Source of the DNA: a virus
Taxonomy: Duplodnaviria > Caudoviricetes
Virus record (IMG/VR): IMGVR_UViG_3300033067_000400
Location: 1-35,985 of that record
Reading direction: 5' to 3' (one strand)
DNA length: 35,985 nt
Positions 1 to 7,672 of the stretch are shown here, piece by piece; the first letter of the stretch is position 1, and the number at the start of each line of letters is the position of its first letter. Under the pieces are notes generated by a model, which was given only the letters and a program-made list of their open reading frames with translations, was not told the DNA's origin and searched no databases. The position numbers and the translations under genes were made by a program.

Positions 1-279
1 CTCGTCAAGCGGGTCAAAGAGCTGGGCGGGGAAGTGCGCAAGGTGACGTGGATCGGTCGCCGTGGTGCGCCCGATCGCTTGGTCATGCTGCCTAACTGGG
101 GCGGCCAGATCATCACGGTCTACGGCGTGCAAGTGCCCAACCAAATTTGGGTCGAGCTCAAGGCGCCGGGCGTGGAGCCCGAGGACTACCAGCTGCGCGA
201 GCACAAGCGCATGCGCGCGCTCGGCCAACGTGTAGAAGTCATTGACTCCCTCGAGGGGGTAGAAAGAATTTTGAAATGA
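1..279 (+). CDS. VRR-NUC domain nuclease (5'-truncated by the window edge)
   Basis: Frame is open from base 1 (LVKRVKELGGEVRK...). It has the GAPDRLV...WVELKAPG...Q..EH..MRALG..V.VIDS motifs of phage VRR-NUC PD-(D/E)xK nucleases and lies upstream of an SNF2 helicase. Confidence 0.9.
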   Translation, partial: LVKRVKELGGEVRKVTWIGRRGAPDRLVMLPNWGGQIITVYGVQVPNQIWVELKAPGVEPEDYQLREHKRMRALGQRVEVIDSLEGVERILK

Positions 280-707
280 AAGGCACCTTACACCGCAGGC
301 TCCGCGAGCTGCTTCGTGAAAGCCCAGAGCCGCTGAGCATTCTTGAACTCAGCAACCGCACAGGCGCGCCGTACACCAGCGTGCAGCGCTGCCTCTCTCA
401 AGTGATGGACGATGCCTACATCAAGGCGTGGTGCGTCCGCGCGGGCTACCGCCCCACCAAGCTGTGGGCCGTGGCGGTTGTGCCGCCCGATGCGCCCTTT
501 CCCAGTGACATCGCGCTGGGCCTGCCTGCTATTGAGCCGCGCACACGCCCAGCACCAAGACCGCCGCGTGCGCGCCCCGCACCAGAGGCGCTGCGCAAGA
601 AGCACAGCAAGCAGGTGCAAGAGTCCAAGGCGCGCAAGAAAGAGCGCGACACCCGCCCCGTGCAGGGTCTGACCGTCATCCGTGGACCGTGGCCGACCCA
701 TGCGTAA
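276..707 (+). CDS. Hypothetical protein with a putative N-terminal winged HTH and basic Pro-rich tail
   Basis: ATGA overlap with VRR-NUC. LSILELSNRTGAPYTSVQRCL resembles an HTH. Confidence 0.55.
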   Translation: MKGTLHRRLRELLRESPEPLSILELSNRTGAPYTSVQRCLSQVMDDAYIKAWCVRAGYRPTKLWAVAVVPPDAPFPSDIALGLPAIEPRTRPAPRPPRARPAPEALRKKHSKQVQESKARKKERDTRPVQGLTVIRGPWPTHA

Positions 708-2106
708 GCCCTTCACCCCCCGCCCCTACCAAAACATCGGCATGGCCCACCTTGCCAACGTCGAGCGCTGCGCGCTGTGGGCGGGCATGGGCATGGGTAA
801 GACCGTGACCACGCTCACCTTCTTGGACCACCTGCACAACTTGGCAGGCGAAGATCGGCCCACGCTCGTGCTCGCCCCCTTGCGCGTGGCGCGCACGACG
901 TGGCCCGAGGAGGTGACGAAGTGGGACCACCTCAGTGGCCTCGAGGTGGCGTCAGTCACGGGCGATGCCAAAGAGCGCGAGGCCGCACTCAAACGCGACG
1001 TGCCCGTGTACGCCATGAACTACGACAACATCGTGTGGCTGCGCGAGTGGTACGCCAAGAACAAAAAGGCATGGCCCTTCGCCACCGTGGTGGCGGACGA
1101 GTCGACCAAGCTCAAAGGCTTTCGCCTGCGCCAAGGTACCGTGCGTGCGCAGGCGCTCGCTGAGTTCGCGCACAGCGAGGTCGAGCGTTGGATCAATCTC
1201 ACGGGCACGCCCTCACCCAACGGCTTGGATGACCTGTGGGGGCAGACGTGGTTTCTCGATGCGGGCGTGCGCTTAGGGCGCACCTACAGCGCGTTTCAGA
1301 GCCGCTGGTTTCGCCCCAACAAGGGCTACCAGTTCACGAACTGGACGCCTGCTGAGCACGCGCAGGAGGAGATCCAAGAGAAGCTCGCCGACATCTGCCT
1401 CACCATCGACCCCGCTGACTGGTTCGACCTGCAAGCGCCCATCGTCAACGTGATCAAGGTCGACATGCCAAGCCGTGCGCGCAGCCTCTACCGCGACATG
1501 GAGAAGGACATGTTCATGGAGCTCGAGGCAGGCGTGGAGGTCGAGGCCTTCAGCGCTGGTGCCAAGAGCTCAAAGTGTTTGCAGATCGCCAGTGGTGCGG
1601 TTTACCTCGACGCTGAGCGCTACGGTGAGGGCGAATGGATAGAGGTGCACTTTGAAAAACTCGACGCTCTGGAATCGATTCTCAACGAAGCTGCGGGCGC
1701 GCCCGTGTTGGTGGCCTATCACTTCAAGTCGGACTTGGCGCGACTGCAGCGAGCATTTCCTAAAGGTCGGGTCTTGGACGCTGACCCGAACACGATACGG
1801 CAATGGAATAAGGGCGAGATACCTCTTCTGTTCGCCCACCCTGCAAGTGCTGGTCACGGCCTCAACCTGCAGGACGGAGGCAACATTATTGTTTTCTTCT
1901 CGCAGTGGTGGGACCTCGAGCAGCACGACCAAATCATCGAACGCATAGGCCCTGTGCGCCAGCTCCAAGCAGGCCACAACCGCCCCGTGTTCATCCACTA
2001 CATCGTGGCTCGCGACACCGTCGACGAGCTGGTGATGGCGCGACGCGAGACCAAGCGCGAAGTGCAAGACCTGTTACTTGACTACATGAAAGGAAAATCA
2101 AAATGA
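700..2106 (+). CDS. SNF2-family (SF2) DNA helicase
   Basis: PRPYQ Q-motif, MGMGKT Walker A, VVADES Walker B, LTGTP motif III, HPASAGHGLNLQ motif V, QIIERI motif VI. Start placed at ATG 700. Confidence 0.95.
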   Translation: MRKPFTPRPYQNIGMAHLANVERCALWAGMGMGKTVTTLTFLDHLHNLAGEDRPTLVLAPLRVARTTWPEEVTKWDHLSGLEVASVTGDAKEREAALKRDVPVYAMNYDNIVWLREWYAKNKKAWPFATVVADESTKLKGFRLRQGTVRAQALAEFAHSEVERWINLTGTPSPNGLDDLWGQTWFLDAGVRLGRTYSAFQSRWFRPNKGYQFTNWTPAEHAQEEIQEKLADICLTIDPADWFDLQAPIVNVIKVDMPSRARSLYRDMEKDMFMELEAGVEVEAFSAGAKSSKCLQIASGAVYLDAERYGEGEWIEVHFEKLDALESILNEAAGAPVLVAYHFKSDLARLQRAFPKGRVLDADPNTIRQWNKGEIPLLFAHPASAGHGLNLQDGGNIIVFFSQWWDLEQHDQIIERIGPVRQLQAGHNRPVFIHYIVARDTVDELVMARRETKREVQDLLLDYMKGKSK

Positions 2107-2396
2107 AAGTCTGTGACTGCGGCAAAAACGAGACCTGCCGCGAGTGCCTCCCGCCCGGTGGCTTCAAAGAGATGCCCAGCGCGTTGGACGTGCAGGTGGC
2201 AGGCGGCCACTACAAGACCAAGCGCATCCAGCCCGTGGAGTACATCGCGGCGAACAACCTCAACTTCCTCGAGGGCTGCGTGGTCAAGCGCATCACGCGC
2301 TGGCGCGACAAGAGTGCAGCCAACCGCTTCGAGGATCTCGAGAAGATCAAGCACGAGATCGACCTGTTGATCGAGATGGAGAAGCGCTATGGGTGA
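2103..2396 (+). CDS. DUF3310 (SaV / T7 gp1.7-like) protein
   Basis: QVAGGHYK..IQPVEYI..NNLNFLEG.VVK...RWRDK......EDLEK..H signature. Confidence 0.85.
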   Translation: MKVCDCGKNETCRECLPPGGFKEMPSALDVQVAGGHYKTKRIQPVEYIAANNLNFLEGCVVKRITRWRDKSAANRFEDLEKIKHEIDLLIEMEKRYG

Positions 2397-2598
2397 CTTC
2401 ATCGTGAAGGCGGTGGAGGCCTACATCCAAATGGAAAAAGACGCCCGCGTGATCGACCTCATGCGCAAGGACGTGATCAAGGGAGTGACCCGTCTGATCG
2501 GCGGGCAGTGGCGGGTCGACACGTCGGCGCAGTTCTTTGTGGCTGACAAGCTCGAGGAGGCGCTTGCCAAAGCGTTGGAGGCCGAGCGCAATGGATGA
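2389..2598 (+). CDS. Hypothetical protein
   Basis: Overlaps both neighbours in the operon and has typical codon usage. Confidence 0.6.
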   Translation: MGDFIVKAVEAYIQMEKDARVIDLMRKDVIKGVTRLIGGQWRVDTSAQFFVADKLEEALAKALEAERNG

Positions 2599-2776
2599 GG
2601 CGGACCGCGCCGCGCCCGAGATCGAGCGCGCGCTGGCCGAGGCGCTGCGCAACGTGTGCCTGCACGCGGATCTACCCGTGGGCGAGCAAGGCGAATGCGA
2701 CCTGTGCGGAGAGTGGTCGGGGCGCTTGATCGGTGGGGCCTGCGCGCCCTGCCGCGACAAGTACCACTTGCCGTGA
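2591..2776 (+). CDS. TraR/DksA-like C4 zinc-finger protein
   Basis: Starting at ATG 2591: MDEADRA acidic tip, a helix, then CDLC...CAPC. Confidence 0.75.
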   Translation: MDEADRAAPEIERALAEALRNVCLHADLPVGEQGECDLCGEWSGRLIGGACAPCRDKYHLP

Positions 2777-2797
2777 TTTGTCAAACGCAGAAGGCTC

Positions 2798-2851
2798 GTG
2801 CATCATGCACACAGCAGCGCGGGGCGTTATAGCAGCTGGTGCACGATGCAC
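2798..2851. promoter_or_regulatory. Two GTGCA-N3-TGCAC palindromes (putative operator or accessory sites)
   Basis: GTGCAtcaTGCAC at 2798-2810 and GTGCAcgaTGCAC at 2839-2851, 41 bp apart. Confidence 0.5.
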
Positions 2852-2883
2852 GGGTTAAGTGCCTGACCCAAAAGGGAACAGGC

Positions 2884-2911
2884 ATTTGACCAGTGATAGA
2901 TTATGCGAAGT
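2884..2911 (-). other. dif-like XerC/XerD recombination site (putative attP)
   Basis: Minus strand reads ACTTCGCATAA-TCTATC-ACTGGTCAAAT in 11-6-11 format. Against E. coli dif GGTGCGCATAA-TGTATA-TTATGTTAAAT it matches 8/11, 4/6 and 6/11. It is intergenic and next to a DUF3653 gene. Confidence 0.7.
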
Positions 2912-2957
2912 AGCGCCCCGTGTTGCCTTTATCGTCTGCTAAAGGTAGCCTTGGCAA

Positions 2958-3470
2958 ATGCTAACTCGCGAGATCGAAGACCTCATCGACAAGGCTGGCG
3001 GCGCTGGCTTTGTCATGCAGGCTTTAAACATCCACCGCACAACCCTCATGCGCTGGCGCACGGGCAAGGCGGTACCCAGTCAAGCCACCATCGATCTGCT
3101 GCGCGGGTTCGCAGGCACCAAGTTGCCGTGGGCTGACAAGAGCTGGACGGGCTGGCACTTCGACGGCAAATACCTGCGCGGGGATGAGGGGGAATGCTTC
3201 GAGGCGTGGGAGATGAAGGCGCACTGGATCACGGTCCAGATGGTGCCGATCCTGCAGCGCGAGAACGCCAAGCTGCGCGCGATGGTGGAAGGCCTCGCCA
3301 AGGACGTCAAAACGATCGACACGGCGGCCAATGATCTGACTGCATGGGAGGCAGACCCTCGGGCAATTAAAGCGCCCAGAGAGCCTGCCGTTGCCCCGAG
3401 GCCGGGGCTCAACAAACCCGAGCCCGAGGTTAGGCGAACGGGCGGCCGCCGGGGGTCGTGGAGTCGATGA
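2958..3470 (+). CDS. HTH + DUF3653 protein, XafT-like (putative Xer recombination activation factor)
   Basis: N-terminal HTH (VMQALNIHRTTLMRWRTGKAVP), then W.GW.F.G..L....G..F...E (DUF3653-like) and a coiled coil. Confidence 0.75.
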   Translation: MLTREIEDLIDKAGGAGFVMQALNIHRTTLMRWRTGKAVPSQATIDLLRGFAGTKLPWADKSWTGWHFDGKYLRGDEGECFEAWEMKAHWITVQMVPILQRENAKLRAMVEGLAKDVKTIDTAANDLTAWEADPRAIKAPREPAVAPRPGLNKPEPEVRRTGGRRGSWSR

Positions 3471-3912
3471 TCATCTTCGACTTCATCGGCACATCACCCT
3501 CGTGGGTGGTGATCGCCACGTGGGTCCAGCGATCGAACTCGCGGATGACCTGCTGATACGGCAGGTTGCTCGCAATGATGGCGCGCACCACTTGATCGGG
3601 CGTCATGCCCGGCACGCGGATGTCGGCCGCGCAGCCGCGACGGTGATCGCTGTGATCGCCCGAGCCCACGGCGGTGTTCACGTCGTGGCTGCGGAATGCG
3701 CTGTTGATGATGATCGGTTTGCCGCCCAGCAGCGCCTTGATCTGCTCGAGGAAGTTTGCCAAGCGCGGCAGGTTTGCCACTGCGTTGATCTCGACGTACT
3801 CGCCCCCGCGCTTGAGCTGGCAGCGCTCGCGCTCAGTGGGGGTGTTGTCCAACGTGCGGTGGTCGGTGTGGGTGAGCTCCTCGAGGGTGAAGTGAGGGGT
3901 GAGGTTGGTCAT
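3430..3912 (-). CDS. Endolysin, peptidase M15A family
   Basis: LTPHFTLEELT N-terminus and SAFRS...N..VG.....S.H..G.AADI...WTHV Zn-binding motifs. Confidence 0.9.
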   Translation of the reverse strand: MTNLTPHFTLEELTHTDHRTLDNTPTERERCQLKRGGEYVEINAVANLPRLANFLEQIKALLGGKPIIINSAFRSHDVNTAVGSGDHSDHRRGCAADIRVPGMTPDQVVRAIIASNLPYQQVIREFDRWTHVAITTHEGDVPMKSKMIIDSTTPGGRPFA

Positions 3913-4413
3913 TTACTTGCCTTTCAGTTTTTCTAGTTCAGCGTTTTTATCTTTGCTGCCTTGGCTCGAGCCACGGTGGAAGTTGAGCACGGTGCCGCAC
4001 ATGGTGAGCAGCGAACCGAGCGCCATGTAGACGAGCTCCTTGTTCTCGGGCGGCACACCTTTGATGAAGGCGAACCACGACAGGAACAGCGTCGCCAGCA
4101 CGATCACCACGTCGATCACGTAGGCGATGTTTTTCGCCAGCCACGAGGCGCTCGCCGAGAGCTGGATCTCGGCGTTCATCTTGCGTGCACTGTCGGTGTT
4201 GGCGTTGTGCAGCTCGAGCTCTTTGGTGTCGATCTCTTTGAGCTTGAGCGCGAGCTCGGGGTTGCCCTCGAGCGCTGCGGTTACCGCCGAGATCGACGCG
4301 GGAACGCCGAGCTTATCGGCGATCGCATTGACTGCCGCGCCACCCAGAGGGCCAGCGACAGCAGTAGCCAAAGCAGGTGCCGCACCCTTAAGGATGTCAA
4401 GCAGCTTGTCCAT
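3913..4413 (-). CDS. Putative holin / membrane protein
   Basis: Gly/Ala-rich N-terminus (APALATAVAGPLGG), two C-terminal TM helices and an FHRGSSQGSKDK tail; adjacent to the endolysin. Confidence 0.7.
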   Translation of the reverse strand: MDKLLDILKGAAPALATAVAGPLGGAAVNAIADKLGVPASISAVTAALEGNPELALKLKEIDTKELELHNANTDSARKMNAEIQLSASASWLAKNIAYVIDVVIVLATLFLSWFAFIKGVPPENKELVYMALGSLLTMCGTVLNFHRGSSQGSKDKNAELEKLKGK

Positions 4414-4690
4414 CTTCGGCTTTCGGTTTGCCCGAGCTCTTGCGCCCAGAGATCGCGCCCATCGCGCCTACGCCCATGAAGGCGATCGCTTTGAGGATCT
4501 CTAAGAACACCGCATCGATGGGTGCGAGCACCTCGTCTTGCTTTTCAAAACCGATGAGCCACAGCACGCCAAAGGCGATGACCAACACCATGATGGTGAT
4601 GGACTTGACTACGAAGGACCACGTGTCGATCTCGATCTCATCTTCGCTACGACGTGGGCGATTGATCCATTGTTGAATTAACTCTTTCAC
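4397..4690 (-). CDS. Two-TM membrane protein (holin/antiholin candidate)
   Basis: GTG 4690 overlaps the upstream stop (GTGA). Two hydrophobic helices and a basic C-tail. Confidence 0.65.
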   Translation of the reverse strand: MKELIQQWINRPRRSEDEIEIDTWSFVVKSITIMVLVIAFGVLWLIGFEKQDEVLAPIDAVFLEILKAIAFMGVGAMGAISGRKSSGKPKAEDGQAA

Positions 4691-4911
4691 TCCTTGCCTT
4701 TCTCGGTGTCGTGCACCGTTCTCAATAAACGCTCGAGCTTCTCCCGCTCTTCGCGCAAAACCAGCGCCGCCTTCTCGGCCTCGCGCTGTTGCCGCTGGAA
4801 CTGGCCGTCGCGTTGCCACAACTTCAGGCCCAGCCAAAACGTAAACGTGCACAGGCACAGGATGAGTACGCCCAAGAACACGATCACGCCAAGATTTTCT
4901 GGTTTAGACAT
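4687..4911 (-). CDS. Single-TM protein with C-terminal coiled coil
   Basis: LGVIVFLGVLILCLCTFTFWLGL followed by a charged heptad region. Confidence 0.6.
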   Translation of the reverse strand: MSKPENLGVIVFLGVLILCLCTFTFWLGLKLWQRDGQFQRQQREAEKAALVLREEREKLERLLRTVHDTEKGKE

Positions 4912-5647
4912 TTGCAATGATCCCGATCAACAACCAAAAGTACGCCACACCCAGCAGCGTGAAGAACACCGTCACGTTGCGATCGATGCGGTCGTGGCGC
5001 TCACGAAACGCGATGGCATCGCGCTTGGCTTTCTCGCGCTTGGCCTTCATCTGCCGCGCCGCCTGCCCTGCCTTGACCTTGTCTTGCATCTCGCGGAACT
5101 GGGTCCAGATGGGACCGAGCTGCCACGGCGCACCGCTCATGAGCGTGCTCAGCGTGGGGTAAGCGGCATCGAGCTCGGCCTGCAGCTGCGTGAGCTCGAG
5201 CACTTCCTTTGAGTTGATCTCGTCCTTTCCAAAAACTTCGGCGTAGCGCTTCTCGGTGAACGCCTTTAGGTAGGCGTACTTCTCGAACCACTCGCCCATG
5301 TGCCCGATGAACTGTTGGACGACTTCGTCTTGTGTGGGGATGTGATCGACGTAGCCGTCGTCACGCTTGGGTTTCTTCTTCGCGGGTCGCTGCTCTTCTG
5401 CGGGCTTGGCGGCATCGGGAACGGCCACACTGGGCGCTGCGGACTTGGGGCGAAAGAGCCCCTGCAGCCAACCCCATAGACCCGTGACTTCGGTGTAGAG
5501 CTTCTTGGCGTCAGCCACACCGCCTTCGACGGTTTTCTTAACGCGCTGAATCTCGACCGTGCCCTCACGCAGCGCCTCGCAGCAATACTGAATGCCGCTG
5601 TAGGCGGCTCGCATTGCTTGCAGGGCGAGCATGATCTCTGGCCCCAC
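4904..5647 (-). CDS. Helical protein with a C-terminal TM anchor
   Basis: 247-aa ORF in the lysis operon ending in VTVFFTLLGVAYFWLLIGII. Confidence 0.7.
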   Translation of the reverse strand: MGPEIMLALQAMRAAYSGIQYCCEALREGTVEIQRVKKTVEGGVADAKKLYTEVTGLWGWLQGLFRPKSAAPSVAVPDAAKPAEEQRPAKKKPKRDDGYVDHIPTQDEVVQQFIGHMGEWFEKYAYLKAFTEKRYAEVFGKDEINSKEVLELTQLQAELDAAYPTLSTLMSGAPWQLGPIWTQFREMQDKVKAGQAARQMKAKREKAKRDAIAFRERHDRIDRNVTVFFTLLGVAYFWLLIGIIANV

Positions 5648-5648
5648 A

Positions 5649-5888
5649 TCACGTGCCTTTGTCTTGCTTGTTGTCGAGCTTGTCGAAGATCTGGCGCAGC
5701 AGCTCTTTGACTTCGCGCATGTCCTCTTTGTAGTCGAGTTTTTGCACGTACTCTTTGGGCAGCTCGTTGGTGAGCGTCTCGATCTTGTCTTCGGCTTTTT
5801 GCAGGCGTTGCGTCAGCGAGTTAAGCACCCACAAGGCGAGACCCCCTGCGATCGAGATGGCGATGTTGAAGAGAACTTGGCTATCCAC
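5649..5888 (-). CDS. N-terminal TM plus coiled-coil protein (XhlA-like lysis accessory)
   Basis: LFNIAISIAGGLALWVL TM helix, then a coiled coil ending IFDKLDNKQDK. Confidence 0.65.
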   Translation of the reverse strand: MDSQVLFNIAISIAGGLALWVLNSLTQRLQKAEDKIETLTNELPKEYVQKLDYKEDMREVKELLRQIFDKLDNKQDKGT

Positions 5889-5899
5889 ATGTTACTTTC

Positions 5900-6064
5900 T
5901 CAAGCCTGCGGGCTTGCGTCTGCGGGCTCTGGCGTGTTGCCTTCTTCCAGCCACTTCAAATAGGCTTGGTAGTCTGTGTTGGCGGGGTCGAATGGGATAT
6001 GCACGCCATCAGAAAGACGCTGCACAAAATCTTGGTTGAAAAAGTTTTTAATTAACTTGTACAT
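5900..6064 (-). CDS. Small tail-fibre-associated protein (54 aa, not in ORF track)
   Basis: [49 protein letters not shown]..., a common phage fibre-chaperone-like sequence. ATG abuts the upstream stop. Confidence 0.8.
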   Translation of the reverse strand: MYKLIKNFFNQDFVQRLSDGVHIPFDPANTDYQAYLKWLEEGNTPEPADASPQA

Positions 6065-6943
6065 TTAAAGCTCCGCATCCGCAGTGATTGATGTTGCGTA
6101 CCCGCCCGTGTATCCAGACAAGAACATCTGCACTACGTTTGGTGCTGCATACGCATAAGATAAAGAGCCTCCGGGGGCAGTCCCTGACATTGTGGGGGTA
6201 CTACGGTAGGCCGCAGGGTTGTGCCACATGGCAGCAGAAGATCCACCGATTGTGCAAGCATAGACGTTACCGCTGTTTCTATAAAAATACCGCTTGCACA
6301 GCAAATCCTCGACACCAATCGGGCGCCGCTCAAACTGCTCGACCTCGCTGCCGAGCGTGAGCTGGATGTCGCCGATGGCGAAGCTCTTAGTGGTCACGCT
6401 GACAGCGTCGTGATACATCACGATCTCGAGGCCGTTGTCGGCGTCTGTCGAGCCGAGGTTGTATGTGGCACTGACAACGGTTTGCGTGCCCGTGGCAACG
6501 GCCACAGTGGCGTCTGTGCCAATAACCGAGGTCGATGCGAAGTTATCCGACGCGCTGGGTTTGCGCAGGCCGATCTTGACGTTGGTCGTGCTGCCATAGT
6601 TGTGGAGGACTTTGGCCGACACGGTCACAGTCTGGCCGCTCAAGTCGAGTGTGTTGAGCGCCTCGATGCGGTGGCGGAATGTGACGTAGCCAGATGACAG
6701 CGTCACGTTGTAAAACTCCAAGCCGCGCTTGAATGTGCCGATGCTGCTTGTGTTGGTCAGCGTGCCAGCAGAGCCGTTCACATAGCTGCCCATCATGCGG
6801 TCGACTACGCCGAACTGGTTGCTGGTGGTGAGCGATACAGCGCTGCGCTGGCTCACGCGGCAGCAGCCGTTGATGACGCGGTTGCGCATGGTTGTGCCAC
6901 CAACGATGTCAGCCATTGAGAGGGGTACTTTAGTGAGTGCCAA
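6065..6943 (-). CDS. Tail fibre / receptor-binding protein with a carbohydrate-binding-like domain
   Basis: TTG start; RNRVING...VSQR and QL..GS....FERRPIG.E..LCKRYF motifs typical of fibre domains. Confidence 0.75.
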   Translation of the reverse strand: MALTKVPLSMADIVGGTTMRNRVINGCCRVSQRSAVSLTTSNQFGVVDRMMGSYVNGSAGTLTNTSSIGTFKRGLEFYNVTLSSGYVTFRHRIEALNTLDLSGQTVTVSAKVLHNYGSTTNVKIGLRKPSASDNFASTSVIGTDATVAVATGTQTVVSATYNLGSTDADNGLEIVMYHDAVSVTTKSFAIGDIQLTLGSEVEQFERRPIGVEDLLCKRYFYRNSGNVYACTIGGSSAAMWHNPAAYRSTPTMSGTAPGGSLSYAYAAPNVVQMFLSGYTGGYATSITADAEL

Positions 6944-6961
6944 ACATCGGCCCTACCTTTC

Positions 6962-7132
6962 TTAGTTGGTGGCAGCGAGCTGCTCGTCAGTGGGACGAGC
7001 GAGGGTCGGGTGATCCCATGCAGCGATGTAGTCGCCACGGCCATCGCTGTCGTTCTGCAAGCGGATGGTGGTCATGAAGTCTGCGTCTTGCAGCTCGGGG
7101 TAGATGGCTTTGACTTTTTCGTAGAGGGTCAT
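6962..7132 (-). CDS. XkdW-like small protein (56 aa, not in ORF track)
   Basis: MTLYEKVKAIYPELQDADFMTTIRLQNDSDGRGDYIAAWDHPTLARPTDEQL, with a GGAG RBS upstream. Confidence 0.8.
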   Translation of the reverse strand: MTLYEKVKAIYPELQDADFMTTIRLQNDSDGRGDYIAAWDHPTLARPTDEQLAATN

Positions 7133-7141
7133 GGTTGCTCC

Positions 7142-7672
7142 TTATTCGTACATGATGTTAATTGAGCCAGCATCGAAGGTGTCTGTGCCGTTGACTGTGG
7201 TGACACGAACTTGTGTCAATGGCCCCGCTGAAAGAGCTTTAACGCCTGTGCCAATCTTTGTGTGTGTTTGACCGACACCCGCAAGCGACCCGCTGACGCA
7301 CCAAGTATTTACGTCAAAGCAATCTAGAACTACAAAACCGCTATAAGTTGATGCTGCTGTATTGCTATTGTTATCCCCAATTCCAAAACCAGCAGTGTAG
7401 TTTGAGGAGCCTGCGGAAGTAGGAGAAAGAGACGAGCCTGTGCAAACATAGCCTGCGTTTTCAATGCCGCCGCTATCACCAATTTGAACAAGAAACGTAG
7501 ATACTCCGCTTGAACTCACTCCGTTAAAAAGAACAGTAATACGCTTCACCCATGAAGGGATGCCCGTGAAGTCGATGCTAGTGCCGCTGGTCGACGCGAC
7601 AGCAGTGCCAGAGACAAGAACGCTTTGTCCGTTGCTCGTGCCGAGCGCTGCTAAGTTTGCTGCTTTTGTCAT
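7142..7672 (-). CDS. Tail-fibre tip-like beta-sandwich protein
   Basis: STSGTSIDFTGIPSWVKRITV...TFDAGSINIMYE; Ser/Thr/Gly-rich; TAATG coupling to the upstream gene. Confidence 0.7.
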   Translation of the reverse strand: MTKAANLAALGTSNGQSVLVSGTAVASTSGTSIDFTGIPSWVKRITVLFNGVSSSGVSTFLVQIGDSGGIENAGYVCTGSSLSPTSAGSSNYTAGFGIGDNNSNTAASTYSGFVVLDCFDVNTWCVSGSLAGVGQTHTKIGTGVKALSAGPLTQVRVTTVNGTDTFDAGSINIMYE

